Assembly: GCA_040954595.2 (NCBI GenBank)
Contig: CM082578.2
Span: forward strand, 9,285,519 to 9,349,518
From: Balanoglossus misakiensis
Taxonomy: Eukaryota; Animalia; Hemichordata
Length of the DNA stretch: 64,000 nucleotides
Direction of reading: 5' to 3'
Below are positions 27,746 to 40,400 of this stretch, piece after piece. How positions within the stretch are numbered: position 1 is the first letter of the stretch; each line of letters begins with the position of its first letter. Below the pieces are notes generated by a model. It was not told the origin of the DNA, did not search any database, and worked only from the letters and a program-made list of their open reading frames with translations. The position numbers were made by a program, and so were the translations under genes.

Positions 27746-30325
27746 ATAAAGACATTTGTTTTTAATATACATATCAAAGAAATAGCTATCATTTCCACTT
27801 TAAAACGGTACTTTTCCTGAAGGAAATAAAGACTGCATTTAACGACCGTAGTCAACAACGAACACAGTCAGAGGTAGACCTAAAGTTCTCAGAGTACATG
27901 CGATCTTTACAGAGGTTATGCGCTCAAACTATGTCACCGACATAACAAGACGTGCAGGTCGGAGGACAGCGATAGTGCACGTTGATGTACGGGGCTTTTA
28001 CGTAAATACTGTTTCACCGCGGGGCATCGGAGGAACGGTTGCACGTCGTCCACATAGCCTTCTGGTGTATTGCGTGATCACCAGCCTTCATCATCGTGGA
28101 TGTTAAATCACTGGTGCAAAAGACAAAGAATGGAAACATGAAAACCCACTTGAATGATGTTAATATTAACCCTAACCATGCCACGTGACAGAGAAGGGAC
28201 TGTAACACACCCTGCTCTATTCCTACACTCGCAAATCACGTAGAATGATACATTTAGAGTTCAAAGAGGAAAATGTTATTGTGACGCGAAAGAGACAGAA
28301 TGAAACGATTTATTTTTAATCAGATGACTAAAACAGTCTCTTGGGTAAACTGTTCAGATTTCTCGTAAAAACACGTACAATTTACAGTTCTCTTACTGTC
28401 TTATAATGTATAGATTCCTTCAATCGCCGATACGGCGTTGGCCAAGGTCGTTTGCTCTCATTATTCCTGCTCGTCCACGATGATGCTCGTTTCTTCTCTT
28501 GACAAGCTAAGTTGAACTTTTAATCATTAATTTCTTAGACGTTGAAACTACCGGTGGTGGTGTACTGGTGGTGGTAGTAGTACAACTGTTTTACAGTATA
28601 CCATGTTACTTGTATGTTATTCCACATACTATTACATTTTGTATTTGGTATGCACAGTCGGCACGTATGTTACGTCTCTATAAATGTTCCCTTTTGAAAT
28701 GCCAACTTTGGGAATACACCCAAGGGAAATTATTAATTTCAGGCCATTGCAGTGATCGCAGATGATTGACGTCCGTTAAAATCAGCCATGCAACCATGGT
28801 ATCTAACCGCGTCCGTTCCAAGTGAACTCTCCTTGGTTACGCTCCAATTCTAGGACAGCTACAATGTAGCTGTCACTCGTAAAGTTAGAAATGAGATTTA
28901 TTTTCAATAACTCTACTCTGTACAATATGATGACCCTACCCTGGGTCATATAACGACCGCTCGCAGCTGGTAGGGTTTGACGCACGCTCCGATGCTTGCG
29001 TCTATGAGTCTTGAAGCTCAGATTCCATTGAAGCAGTTTTGATACATTTTACAGTGTTGTTAACAACTTTCGCGTAAATTATGCTGCCTCTTACAAGAAT
29101 GAACAGATTACTTTGTTTCGCGTCTTCCACTCTCGTTCTCCATTGACAGTGGTGGTACGATCGCCGTTTAAAATGAGTTAAACCACATTAAGGCAAATTC
29201 AATTGACGTTATATCCCCGGCGAAGTATTTAAGTGGCAGAAAGTACCCACTTGTACAATATGTATAGGATATACATTGTAGGATCGCGTGTGGAAATTGG
29301 AGACGTCATAGCAGCCCGAATGCTGGCGCAAGTTACATTCGCCGGAAGTTCTCGAAGGTGCTAAATTGCAAAATGAAGAAACATTACCAGTCATCAATCT
29401 GGGCAGCCATGCATGTATCCTCATACGTGTTCCTACAATAATAAGTGACAATATGATTTTTTTTAAATCTAAAATTGTAAACTTTGGCAAAAATCGTCAT
29501 TTAAGTATACATTCCTTTCATGACAGTGACATGAAACTTATATATAACATGGTCAGTTTGACCTTGTGGTATTGTGGCAATGACGCATAAGCACGTTTCG
29601 CAGCGTCGCCATGGTTACCATGGAGGAAAGGGAGTACGGATGACAGCTATTTTATACAGCTCCCTTGAAGACAGGAAATTTAACATCCAATTTCTTGATG
29701 TGGGAGTTTTAGAATCAACAAATATATACCGCTCGTCTATAGTGACTGGCCATCGCACCAGTCCGAAGAGACATCTTCCCGTAATACCATTACCGAGTGA
29801 CGCGTCGCCGAATAACACAATCTTCCCGCTCATATTGGTACCGTGGGCGTGACGAAATAAGGCAGCCATGATTATGCATAATTTATCTCCAACATGGCTG
29901 CCACGCCTTGCCCGCCATTTTCTAACAGCACCTTGACGTCCTCGTCTGTCGAAATCATTCGTCTGTGCCGCCAATGATTCCCCCTGCAGACATCACCTTT
30001 ATTTCCTCTTCGTTAATTCTTTGTCCGCCTTTTACACATTAGACACGGACAGCCTTTATTTTTTCACCTTTCCCCTTTTCTTTCAGACCCTAGACAAGGG
30101 GCAGTGATTGATTCACTCACTCACTTTTCCTAATCTTATCAATTCTGCATCCCTGCTCTGTCTCCGACTCGGTTATCTCTTACTCTTTATTTCACGTTTA
30201 CAAGTGGTGAGGTTAAGATAGATACATGGGGTCGTACAATTAATTTTTATCGCAATTTCTCAATGTCGGCTCCGGGATACGTGAACGGAAAACAGTGTAA
30301 TGCACATGAACAGCACAAAGGTCAG

Positions 30326-30402
30326 TTAAAGGGACATTAGATGTTTGAACATTTTTCCAGTATTTTTGTTTTGTGTATCAACTGCAAATTTCTTGTTCTA
30401 CT
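30326..30402. mobile_element. Possible terminal fragment of a TTAA-AGGG MITE
   Basis: TTAAAGGGACATTAG start followed by an AT-rich body resembling MITE termini I recall. No partner end found. Confidence 0.3.
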
Positions 30403-31470
30403 AGTAATCCCAACCATACCATAACTCGACCATCACTTGAATATTAAAGACACATATACTGTTTACGCTTTCGGCAATTCTGTCAATATTTCTGATTAAA
30501 CGTGCGGCCAAGCGACTCATTCGACTGGGTTACTTAAGGTCTCAATGTCACGTGCTGTAAGCAGTTGCTTGGGGCATGGCGGAAAACGTACTCTTAAAGG
30601 AGGTTTAACCTTTTGGATGTATTAGTGTAGTAATGTACACGTCTGTATAATCCACGATCAACAACATTTCACAAATTACAATCGAAATCGCACTACTCTC
30701 TTCTCCCAAATTAATGTTCCCGGAAATCGCTCAATCCTTCACTGATAGGCCATACGCATTCATTTTATCGAACATTTTAACAAATGTGTGCTGGCAATTA
30801 TAGGTTTGAAGTTTGATTATCAATTGTTTTAATGTTCGTATTTTACCTATGAAATGTGGAATGTGGCAGTGGCATACATGTAGGTAGAATATAACCCAGA
30901 CCAATACTGCGATCATGGGTAGTTTATCCCTAGGTGATGGATATGTTAATTGTAAACGCTTTTGCGTTCTGAGGAACATGATTTACGAACGTGACGTAAA
31001 AAGCTCTCGCTATACTCTCTATGGTCCACCAGAACCAACATCCACACTGTTTCGCTCGACCGCACCATTACTCTCCGCAAACCAGTTGACTAAAACATCG
31101 CTCTGTGGTTAATCATGCGCATGTCTGTGTCTAATCAAAGTGGACCGTTGTTATAGTCATTGCGCCCTTTCGTTTGCCTGCACTCGTAAAAATATCGACA
31201 AAACATTTCTTGACTGGTTTGAGCTTCTTAGTGTTAGCACAGGGATTTATTCAGGGAACGTTTAAGTAAGAATTATATGATATAAACTGAATATAATTGT
31301 TGTCTGTCAACTCTTCTGTCTTTGTCTTACCGATACGGTTCTAACCAGAACACTGTGGCTTCTCTGCTCATACACTACACATAATATAAACAATGGATGA
31401 TAAAATGCGCCCTCTTTTGGTGAACTCTGCCTACCGCCTGACCCCTCCAGCTGACCGCCTAAATGCCTTA

Positions 31471-34400
31471 CATCCAAAAATGAAAATTTTTCGACTTTCC
31501 GAAATATCAAAATTTCTTCATTTTTTTGAAAAAAGCATGGGTTATAGCTCATGAAAATCATCCAAAAATGAAAATTTTTCGACTTTCCGAAATATCAAAA
31601 TTTCTTCATTTTTTTGAAAAAAGCATGGGTTATAGCTCATGAAAATCATCCAAAAATGACAATTTTTCGACTTTCCGAAATATCAAAATTTCTTCATTTT
31701 TTTGAAAAAAGCATGGGTTATAGCTCATGAAAATCATCCAAAAATGACAATTTTTCGACTTTCCGAAATATCAAAATTTCTTCAATTTTTTGAAAAAAGC
31801 ATGGGTTATAGCTCATGAAAATCATCCAAAAATGACAATTTTTCGACTTTCCGAAATATCAAAATTTCTTCATTTTTTTGAAAAAAGCATGGGTTATAGC
31901 TCATGAAAATCATCCAAAAATGACAATTTTTCGACTTTCCGAAATATCAAAATTTCTTCATTTTTTTGAAAAAAGCATGGGTTATAGCTCATGAAAATCA
32001 TCCAAAAATGACAATTTTTCGACTTTCCGAAATATCAAAATTTCTTCATTTTTTTGAAAAAAGCATGGGTTATAGCTCATGAAAATCATCCAAAAATGAC
32101 AATTTTTCGACTTTCCAAAATATCAAAATTTCTTCATTTTTTTGAAAAAAGCATGGGTTATAGCTCATGAAAATCATCCAAAAATGACAATTTTTCGACT
32201 TTCCGAAATATCAAAATTTCTTCATTTTTTTGAAAAAAGCATGGGTTATAGCTCATGAAAATCATCCAAAAATGACAATTTTTCGACTTTCCGAAATATC
32301 AAAATTTCTTCAATTTTTTGAAAAAAGCATGGGTTATAGCTCATGAAAATCATCCAAAAATGACAATTTTTCGACTTTCCGAAATATCAAAATTTCTTCA
32401 ATTTTTTGAAAAAAGCATGGGTTATAGCTCATGAAAATCATCCAAAAATGACAATTTTTCGACTTTCCGAAATATCAAAATTTCTTCATTTTTTTGAAAA
32501 AAGCATGGGTTATAGCTCATGAAAATCATCCAAAAATGACAATTTTTCGACTTTCCGAAATATCAAAATTTCTTCATTTTTTTGAAAAAAGCATGGGTTA
32601 TAGCTCATGAAAATCATCCAAAAATGACAATTTTTCGACTTTCCGAAATATCAAAATTTCTTCATTTTTTTGAAAAAAGCATGGGTTATAGCTCATGAAA
32701 ATCATCCAAAAATGACAATTTTTCGACTTTCCGAAATATCAAAATTTCTTCATTTTTTTGAACAAAGCATGGGTTATAGCTCATGAAAATCATCCAAAAA
32801 TGACAATTTTTCGACTTTCCGAAATATCAAAATTTCTTCAATTTTTTTAAAAAAGCATGGGTTATAGCTCATGAAAATCATCCAAAAATGACAATTTTTC
32901 GACTTTCCGAAATATCAAAATTTCTTCATTTTTTTGAAAAAAGCATGGGTTATAGCTCATGAAAATCATCCAAAAATGACAATTTTTCGACTTTCCGAAA
33001 TTTCAAAATTTCTTCATTTTTTTGAAAAAAGCATGGGTTATAGCTCATGAAAATCATCCAAAAATGACAATTTTTCGACTTTCCGAAATATCAAAATTTC
33101 TTCATTTTTTTGAAAAAAGCATGGGTTATAGCTCATGAAAATCATCCAAAAATGACAATTTTTCGACTTTCCGAAATATCAAAATTTCTTCATTTTTTTG
33201 AAAAAAGCATGGGTTATAGCTCATGAAAATCATCCAAAAATGACAATTTTTCGACTTTCCGAAATATCAAAATTTCTTCATTTTTTTGAAAAAAGCATGG
33301 GTTATAGCTCATGAAAATCATCCAAAAATGACAATTTTTCGACTTTCCGAAATATCAAAATTTCTTCATTTTTTTGAAAAAAGCATGGGTTATAGCTCAT
33401 GAAAATCATCCAAAAATGACAATTTTTCGACTTTCCGAAATATCAAAATTTCTTCATTTTTTTGAAAAAAGCATGGGTTATAGCTCATGAAAATCATCCA
33501 AAAATGACAATTTTTCGACTTTCCGAAATATCAAAATTTCTTCATTTTTTTGAAAAAAGCATGGGTTATAGCTCATGAAAATCATCCAAAAATGACAATT
33601 TTTCGACTTTCCGAAATATCAAAATTTCTTCATTTTTTTGAAAAAAGCATGGGTTATAGCTCATGAAAATCATCCAAAAATGACAATTTTTCGACTTTCC
33701 GAAATATCAAAATTTCTTCATTTTTTTGAAAAAAGCATGGGTTATAGCTCATGAAAATCATCCAAAAATGACAATTTTTCGACTTTCCGAAATATCAAAA
33801 TTTCTTCATTTTTTTGAAAAAAGCATGGGTTATAGCTCATGAAAATCATCCAAAAATGACAATTTTTCGACTTTCCGAAATATCAAAATTTCTTCATTTT
33901 TTTGAAAAAAGCATGGGTTATAGCTCATGAAAATCATCCAAAAATGACAATTTTTCGACTTTCCGAAATATCAAAATTTCTTCATTTTTTTGAAAAAAGC
34001 ATGGGTTATAGCTCATGAAAATCATCCAAAAATGACAATTTTTCGACTTTCCGAAATATCAAAATTTCTTCATTTTTTTGAAAAAAGCATGGGTTATAGC
34101 TCATGAAAATCATCCAAAAATGACAATTTTTCGACTTTCCGAAATATCAAAATTTCTTCATTTTTTTGAAAAAAGCATGGGTTATAGCTCATGAAAATCA
34201 TCCAAAAATGACAATTTTTCGACTTTCCGAAATATCAAAATTTCTTCATTTTTTTGAAAAAAGCATGGGTTATAGCTCATGAAAATCATCCAAAAATGAC
34301 AATTTTTCGACTTTCCGAAATATCAAAATTTCTTCAATTTTTTGAAAAAAGCATGGGTTATAGCTCATGAAAATCATCCAAAAATGACAATTTTTCGACT

Positions 34401-37400
34401 TTCCGAAATATCAAAATTTCTTCATTTTTTTGAAAAAAGCATGGGTTATAGCTCATGAAAATCATCCAAAAATGACAATTTTTCGACTTTCCGAAATATC
34501 AAAATTTCTTCATTTTTTTGAAAAAAGCATGGGTTATAGCTCATGAAAATCATCCAAAAATGACAATTTTTCGACTTTCCGAAATATCAAAATTTCTTCA
34601 TTTTTTTGAAAAAAGCATGGGTTATAGCTCATGAAAATCATCCAAAAATGACAATTTTTCGACTTTCCGAAATATCAAAATTTCTTCATTTTTTTGAAAA
34701 AAGCATGGGTTATAGCTCATGAAAATCATCCAAAAATGACAATTTTTCGACTTTCCGAAATATCAAAATTTCTTCAATTTTTTGAAAAAAGCATGGGTTA
34801 TAGCTCATGAAAATCATCCAAAAATGACAATTTTTCGACTTTCCGAAATATCAAAATTTCTTCATTTTTTTGAAAAAAGCATGGGTTATAGCTCATGAAA
34901 ATCATCCAAAAATGACAATTTTTCGACTTTCCGAAATATCAAAATTTCTTCATTTTTTTGAAAAAAGCATGGGTTATAGCTCATGAAAATCATCCAAAAA
35001 TGACAATTTTTCGACTTTCCGAAATATCAAAATTTCTTCATTTTTTTGAAAAAAGCATGGGTTATAGCTCATGAAAATCATCCAAAAATGACAATTTTTC
35101 GACTTTCCGAAATATCAAAATTTCTTCATTTTTTTGAAAAAAGCATGGGTTATAGCTCATGAAAATCATCCAAAAATGACAATTTTTCGACTTTCCGAAA
35201 TATCAAAATTTCTTCATTTTTTTGAAAAAAGCATGGGTTATAGCTCATGAAAATCATCCAAAAATGACAATTTTTCGACTTTCCGAAATATCAAAATTTC
35301 TTCATTTTTTTGAAAAAAGCATGGGTTATAGCTCATGAAAATCATCCAAAAATGACAATTTTTCGACTTTCCGAAATATCAAAATTTCTTCATTTTTTTG
35401 AAAAAAGCATGGGTTATAGCTCATGAAAATCATCCAAAAATGACAATTTTTCGACTTTCCGAAATATCAAAATTTCTTCATTTTTTTGAAAAAACCATGG
35501 GTTATAGCTCATGAAAATCATCCAAAAATGACAATTTTTCGACTTTCCGAAATATCAAAATTTCTTCAATTTTTTGAAAAAAGCATGGGTTATAGCTCAT
35601 GAAAATCATCCAAAAATGACAATTTTTCGACTTTCCGAAATATCAAAATTTCTTCATTTTTTTGAAAAAAGCATGGGTTATAGCTCATGAAAATCATCCA
35701 AAAATGACAATTTTTCGACTTTCCGAAATATCAAAATTTCTTCATTTTTTTGAAAAAAGCATGGGTTATAGCTCATGAAAATCATCCAAAAATGACAATT
35801 TTTCGACTTTCCGAAATATCAAAATTTCTTCATTTTTTTGAAAAAAGCATGGATTATAGCTCATGAAAATCATCCAAAAATGACAATTTTTCGACTTTCC
35901 GAAATATCAAAATTTCTTCATTTTTTTGAACAAAGCATGGGTTATAGCTCATGAAAATCATCCAAAAATGACAATTTTTCGACTTTCCGAAATATCAAAA
36001 TTTCTTCATTTTTTTGAAAAAAGCATGGGTTATAGCTCATGAAAATCATCCAAAAATGACAATTTTTCGACTTTCCGAAATATCAAAATTTCTTCATTTT
36101 TTTGAAAAAAGCATGGGTTATAGCTCATGAAAATCATCCAAAAATGACAATTTTTCGACTTTCCGAAATATCAAAATTTCTTCATTTTTTTGAAAAAAGC
36201 ATGGGTTATAGCTCATGAAAATCATCCAAAAATGACAATTTTTCGACTTTCCGAAATATCAAAATTTCTTCATTTTTTTGAAAAAAGCATGGGTTATAGC
36301 TCATTTAAATCGTCCAAAAATGACAATTTTTCGACTTTCCGAAATATCAAAATTTCTTCATTTTTTTGAAAAAAGCATGGGTTATAGCTCATGAAAATCG
36401 TCCAAAAATGACAATTTTTCGACTTTCCGAAATATCAAAATTTCTTCATTTTTTTGAAAAAAGCATGGGTTATAGCTCATGAAAATCGTCCAAAAATGAC
36501 AATTTTTCGACTTTCCGAAATATCAAAATTTCTTCATTTTTTTGAAAAAAGCATGGGTTATAGCTCATGAAAATCGTCCAAAAATGACAATTTTTCGACT
36601 TTCCGAAATATCAAAATTTCTTCATTTTTTTGAAAAAAGCATGGGTTATAGCTCATGAAAATCGTCCAAAAATGACAATTTTTCGACTTTCCGAAATATC
36701 AAAATTTCTTCATTTTTTTGAAAAAAGCATGGGTTATAGCTCATGAAAATCATCCAAAAATGACAATTTTTCGACTTTCCGAAATATCAAAATTTCTTCA
36801 TTTTTTTGAAAAAAGCATGGGTTATAGCTCATGAAAATCATCCAAAAATGACAATTTTTCGACTTTCCGAAATATCAAAATTTCTTCATTTTTTTGAAAA
36901 AAGCATGGGTTATAGCTCATGAAAATCATCCAAAAATGACAATTTTTCGACTTTCCGAAATATCAAAATTTCTTCATTTTTTTGAAAAAAGCATGGGTTA
37001 TAGCTCATGAAAATCATCCAAAAATGACAATTTTTCGACTTTCCGAAATATCAAAATTTCTTCATTTTTTTGAAAAAAGCATGGGTTATAGCTCATGAAA
37101 ATCATCCAAAAATGACAATTTTTCGACTTTCCGAAATATCAAAATTTCTTCATTTTTTTGAAAAAAGCATGGGTTATAGCTCATGAAAATCATCCAAAAA
37201 TGACAATTTTTCGACTTTCCGAAATATCAAAATTTCTTCATTTTTTTGAAAAAAGCATGGGTTATAGCTCATGAAAATCATCCAAAAATGACAATTTTTC
37301 GACTTTCCGAAATATCAAAATTTCTTCAATTTTTTGAAAAAAGCATGGGTTATAGCTCATGAAAATCATCCAAAAATGACAATTTTTCGACTTTCCGAAA

Positions 37401-40400
37401 TATCAAAATTTCTTCAATTTTTTGAAAAAAGCATGGGTTATAGCTCATGAAAATCATCCAAAAATGACAATTTTTCGACTTTCCGAAATATCAAAATTTC
37501 TTCATTTTTTTGAAAAAAGCATGGGTTATAGCTCATGAAAATCATCCAAAAATGACAATTTTTCGACTTTCCGAAATATCAAAATTTCTTCATTTTTTTG
37601 AAAAAAGCATGGGTTATAGCTCATGAAAATCATCCAAAAATGACAATTTTTCGACTTTCCGAAATATCAAAATTTCTTCATTTTTTTGAAAAAAGCATGG
37701 GTTATAGCTCATGAAAATCATCCAAAAATGACAATTTTTCGACTTTCCGAAATATCAAAATTTCTTCATTTTTTTGAAAAAAGCATGGGTTATAGCTCAT
37801 GAAAATCATCCAAAAATGACAATTTTTCGACTTTCCGAAATATCAAAATTTCTTCATTTTTTTGAACAAAGCATGGGTTATAGCTCATGAAAATCATCCA
37901 AAAATGACAATTTTTCGACTTTCCGAAATATCAAAATTTCTTCATTTTTTTGAACAAAACATGGGTTATAGCTCATGAAAATCATCCAAAAATGACAATT
38001 TTTCGACTTTCCGAAATATCAAAATTTCTTCATTTTTTTGAAAAAAGCATGGGTTATAGCTCATGAAAATCATCCAAAAATGACAATTTTTCGACTTTCC
38101 GAAATATCAAAATTTCTTCATTTTTTTGAAAAAAGCATGGGTTATAGCTCATGAAAATCATCCAAAAATGACAATTTTTCGACTTTCCGAAATATCAAAA
38201 TTTCTTCATTTTTTTGAAAAAAGCATGGGTTATAGCTCATGAAAATCATCCAAAAATGACAATTTTTCGACTTTCCGAAATATCAAAATTTCTTCATTTT
38301 TTTGAAAAAAGCATGGGTTATAGCTCATGAAAATCATCCAAAAATGACAATTTTTCGACTTTCCGAAATATCAAAATTTCTTCATTTTTTTGAAAAAAGC
38401 ATGGGTTATAGCTCATGAAAATCATCCAAAAATGACAATTTTTCGACTTTCCGAAATATCAAAATTTCTTCAATTTTTTGAAAAAAGCATGGGTTATAGC
38501 TCATGAAAATCATCCAAAAATGACAATTTTTCGACTTTCCGAAATATCAAAATTTCTTCATTTTTTTGAAAAAAGCATGGGTTATAGCTCATGAAAATCA
38601 TCCAAAAATGACAATTTTTCGACTTTCCGAAATATCAAAATTTCTTCATTTTTTTGAAAAAAGCATGGGTTATAGCTCATGAAAATCATCCAAAAATGAC
38701 AATTTTTCGACTTTCCGAAATATCAAAATTTCTTCATTTTTTTGAAAAAAGCATAGGTTATAGCTCATGAAAATCATCCAAAAATGACAATTTTTCGACT
38801 TTCCGAAATATCAAAATTTCTTCATTTTTTTGAAAAAAGCATGGGTTATAGCTCATGAAAATCATCCAAAAATGACAATTTTTCGACTTTCCGAAATATC
38901 AAAATTTCTTCATTTTTTTGAAAAAAGCATGGGTTATAGCTCATGAAAATCATCCAAAAATGACAATTTTTCGACTTTCCGAAATATCAAAATTTCTTCA
39001 TTTTTTTGAAAAAAGCATGGGTTATAGCTCATGAAAATCATCCAAAAATGACAATTTTTCGACTTTCCGAAATATCAAAATTTCTTCATTTTTTTGAAAA
39101 AAGCATGGGTTATAGCTCATGAAAATCATCCAAAAATGACAATTTTTCGACTTTCCGAAATATCAAAATTTCTTCATTTTTTTGAAAAAAGCATGGGTTA
39201 TAGCTCATGAAAATCATCCAAAAATGACAATTTTTCGACTTTCCGAATTATCAAAATTTCTTCATTTTTTTGAAAAAAGCATGGGTTATAGCTCATGAAA
39301 ATCATCCAAAAATGACAATTTTTCGACTTTCCGAAATATCAAAATTTCTTCATTTTTTTGAAAAAAGCATGGGTTATAGCTCATGAAAATCATCCAAAAA
39401 TGACAATTTTTCGACATTCCGAAATATCAAAATTTCTTCATTTTTTTGAAAAAAGCATGGATTATAGCTCATGAAAATCATCCAAAAATGACAATTTTTC
39501 GACTTTCCGAAATATCAAAATTTCTTCATTTTTTTGAACAAAGCATGGGTTATTGCTCATGAAAATCATCCAAAAATGACAATTTTTCGACTTTCCGAAA
39601 TATCAAAATTTCTTCATTTTTTTGAAAAAAGCATGGGTTATAGCTCATGAAAATCATCCAAAAATGACAATTTTTCGACTTTCCGAAATATCAAAATTTC
39701 TTCATTTTTTTGAAAAAAGCATGGGTTATAGCTCATGAAAATCATCCAAAAATGACAATTTTTCGACTTTCCAAAATATCAAAATTTCTTCATTTTTTTG
39801 AAAAAAGCATGGGTTATAGCTCATGAAAATCATCCAAAAATGACAATTTTTCGACTTTCCGAAATATCAAAATTTCTTCATTTTTTTGAAAAAAGCATGG
39901 GTTATAGCTCATGAAAATCGTCCAAAATAGCTCATTTAAATCGTCCAAAAATGACAATTTTTCGACTTTCCGAAATATCAAAATTTCTTCATTTTTTTGA
40001 AAAAAGCATGGGTTATAGCTCATTTAAATCGTCCAAAAATGACAATTTTTCGACTTTCCGAAATATCAAAATTTCTTCATTTTTTTGAAAAAAGCATGGG
40101 TTATAGCTCATGAAAATCGTCCAAAAATGACAATTTTTCGACTTTCCGAAATATCAAAATTTCTTCATTTTTTTGAAAAAAGCATGGGTTATAGCTCATG
40201 AAAATCGTCCAATAATGACAATTTTTCGACTTTCCGAAATATCAAAATTTCTTCATTTTTTGAAAAAAGCATGGGTTAAAGCTCATGAAAATCGTCCAAA
40301 AATGACAATTTTTCGACTTTCCGAAATTTCAAAATTTCTTCATTTTTTTGAAAAAAGCATGGGTTATAGCTCATGAAAATCGTCCAAAAATGACAATTTT

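Noticed and set aside
31489-31506. CENP-B box in the monomer (TTTCGACTTTCCGAAAT)
   Set aside because: Lacks the required A and CGGG, and the CpG spacing is wrong on both strands.
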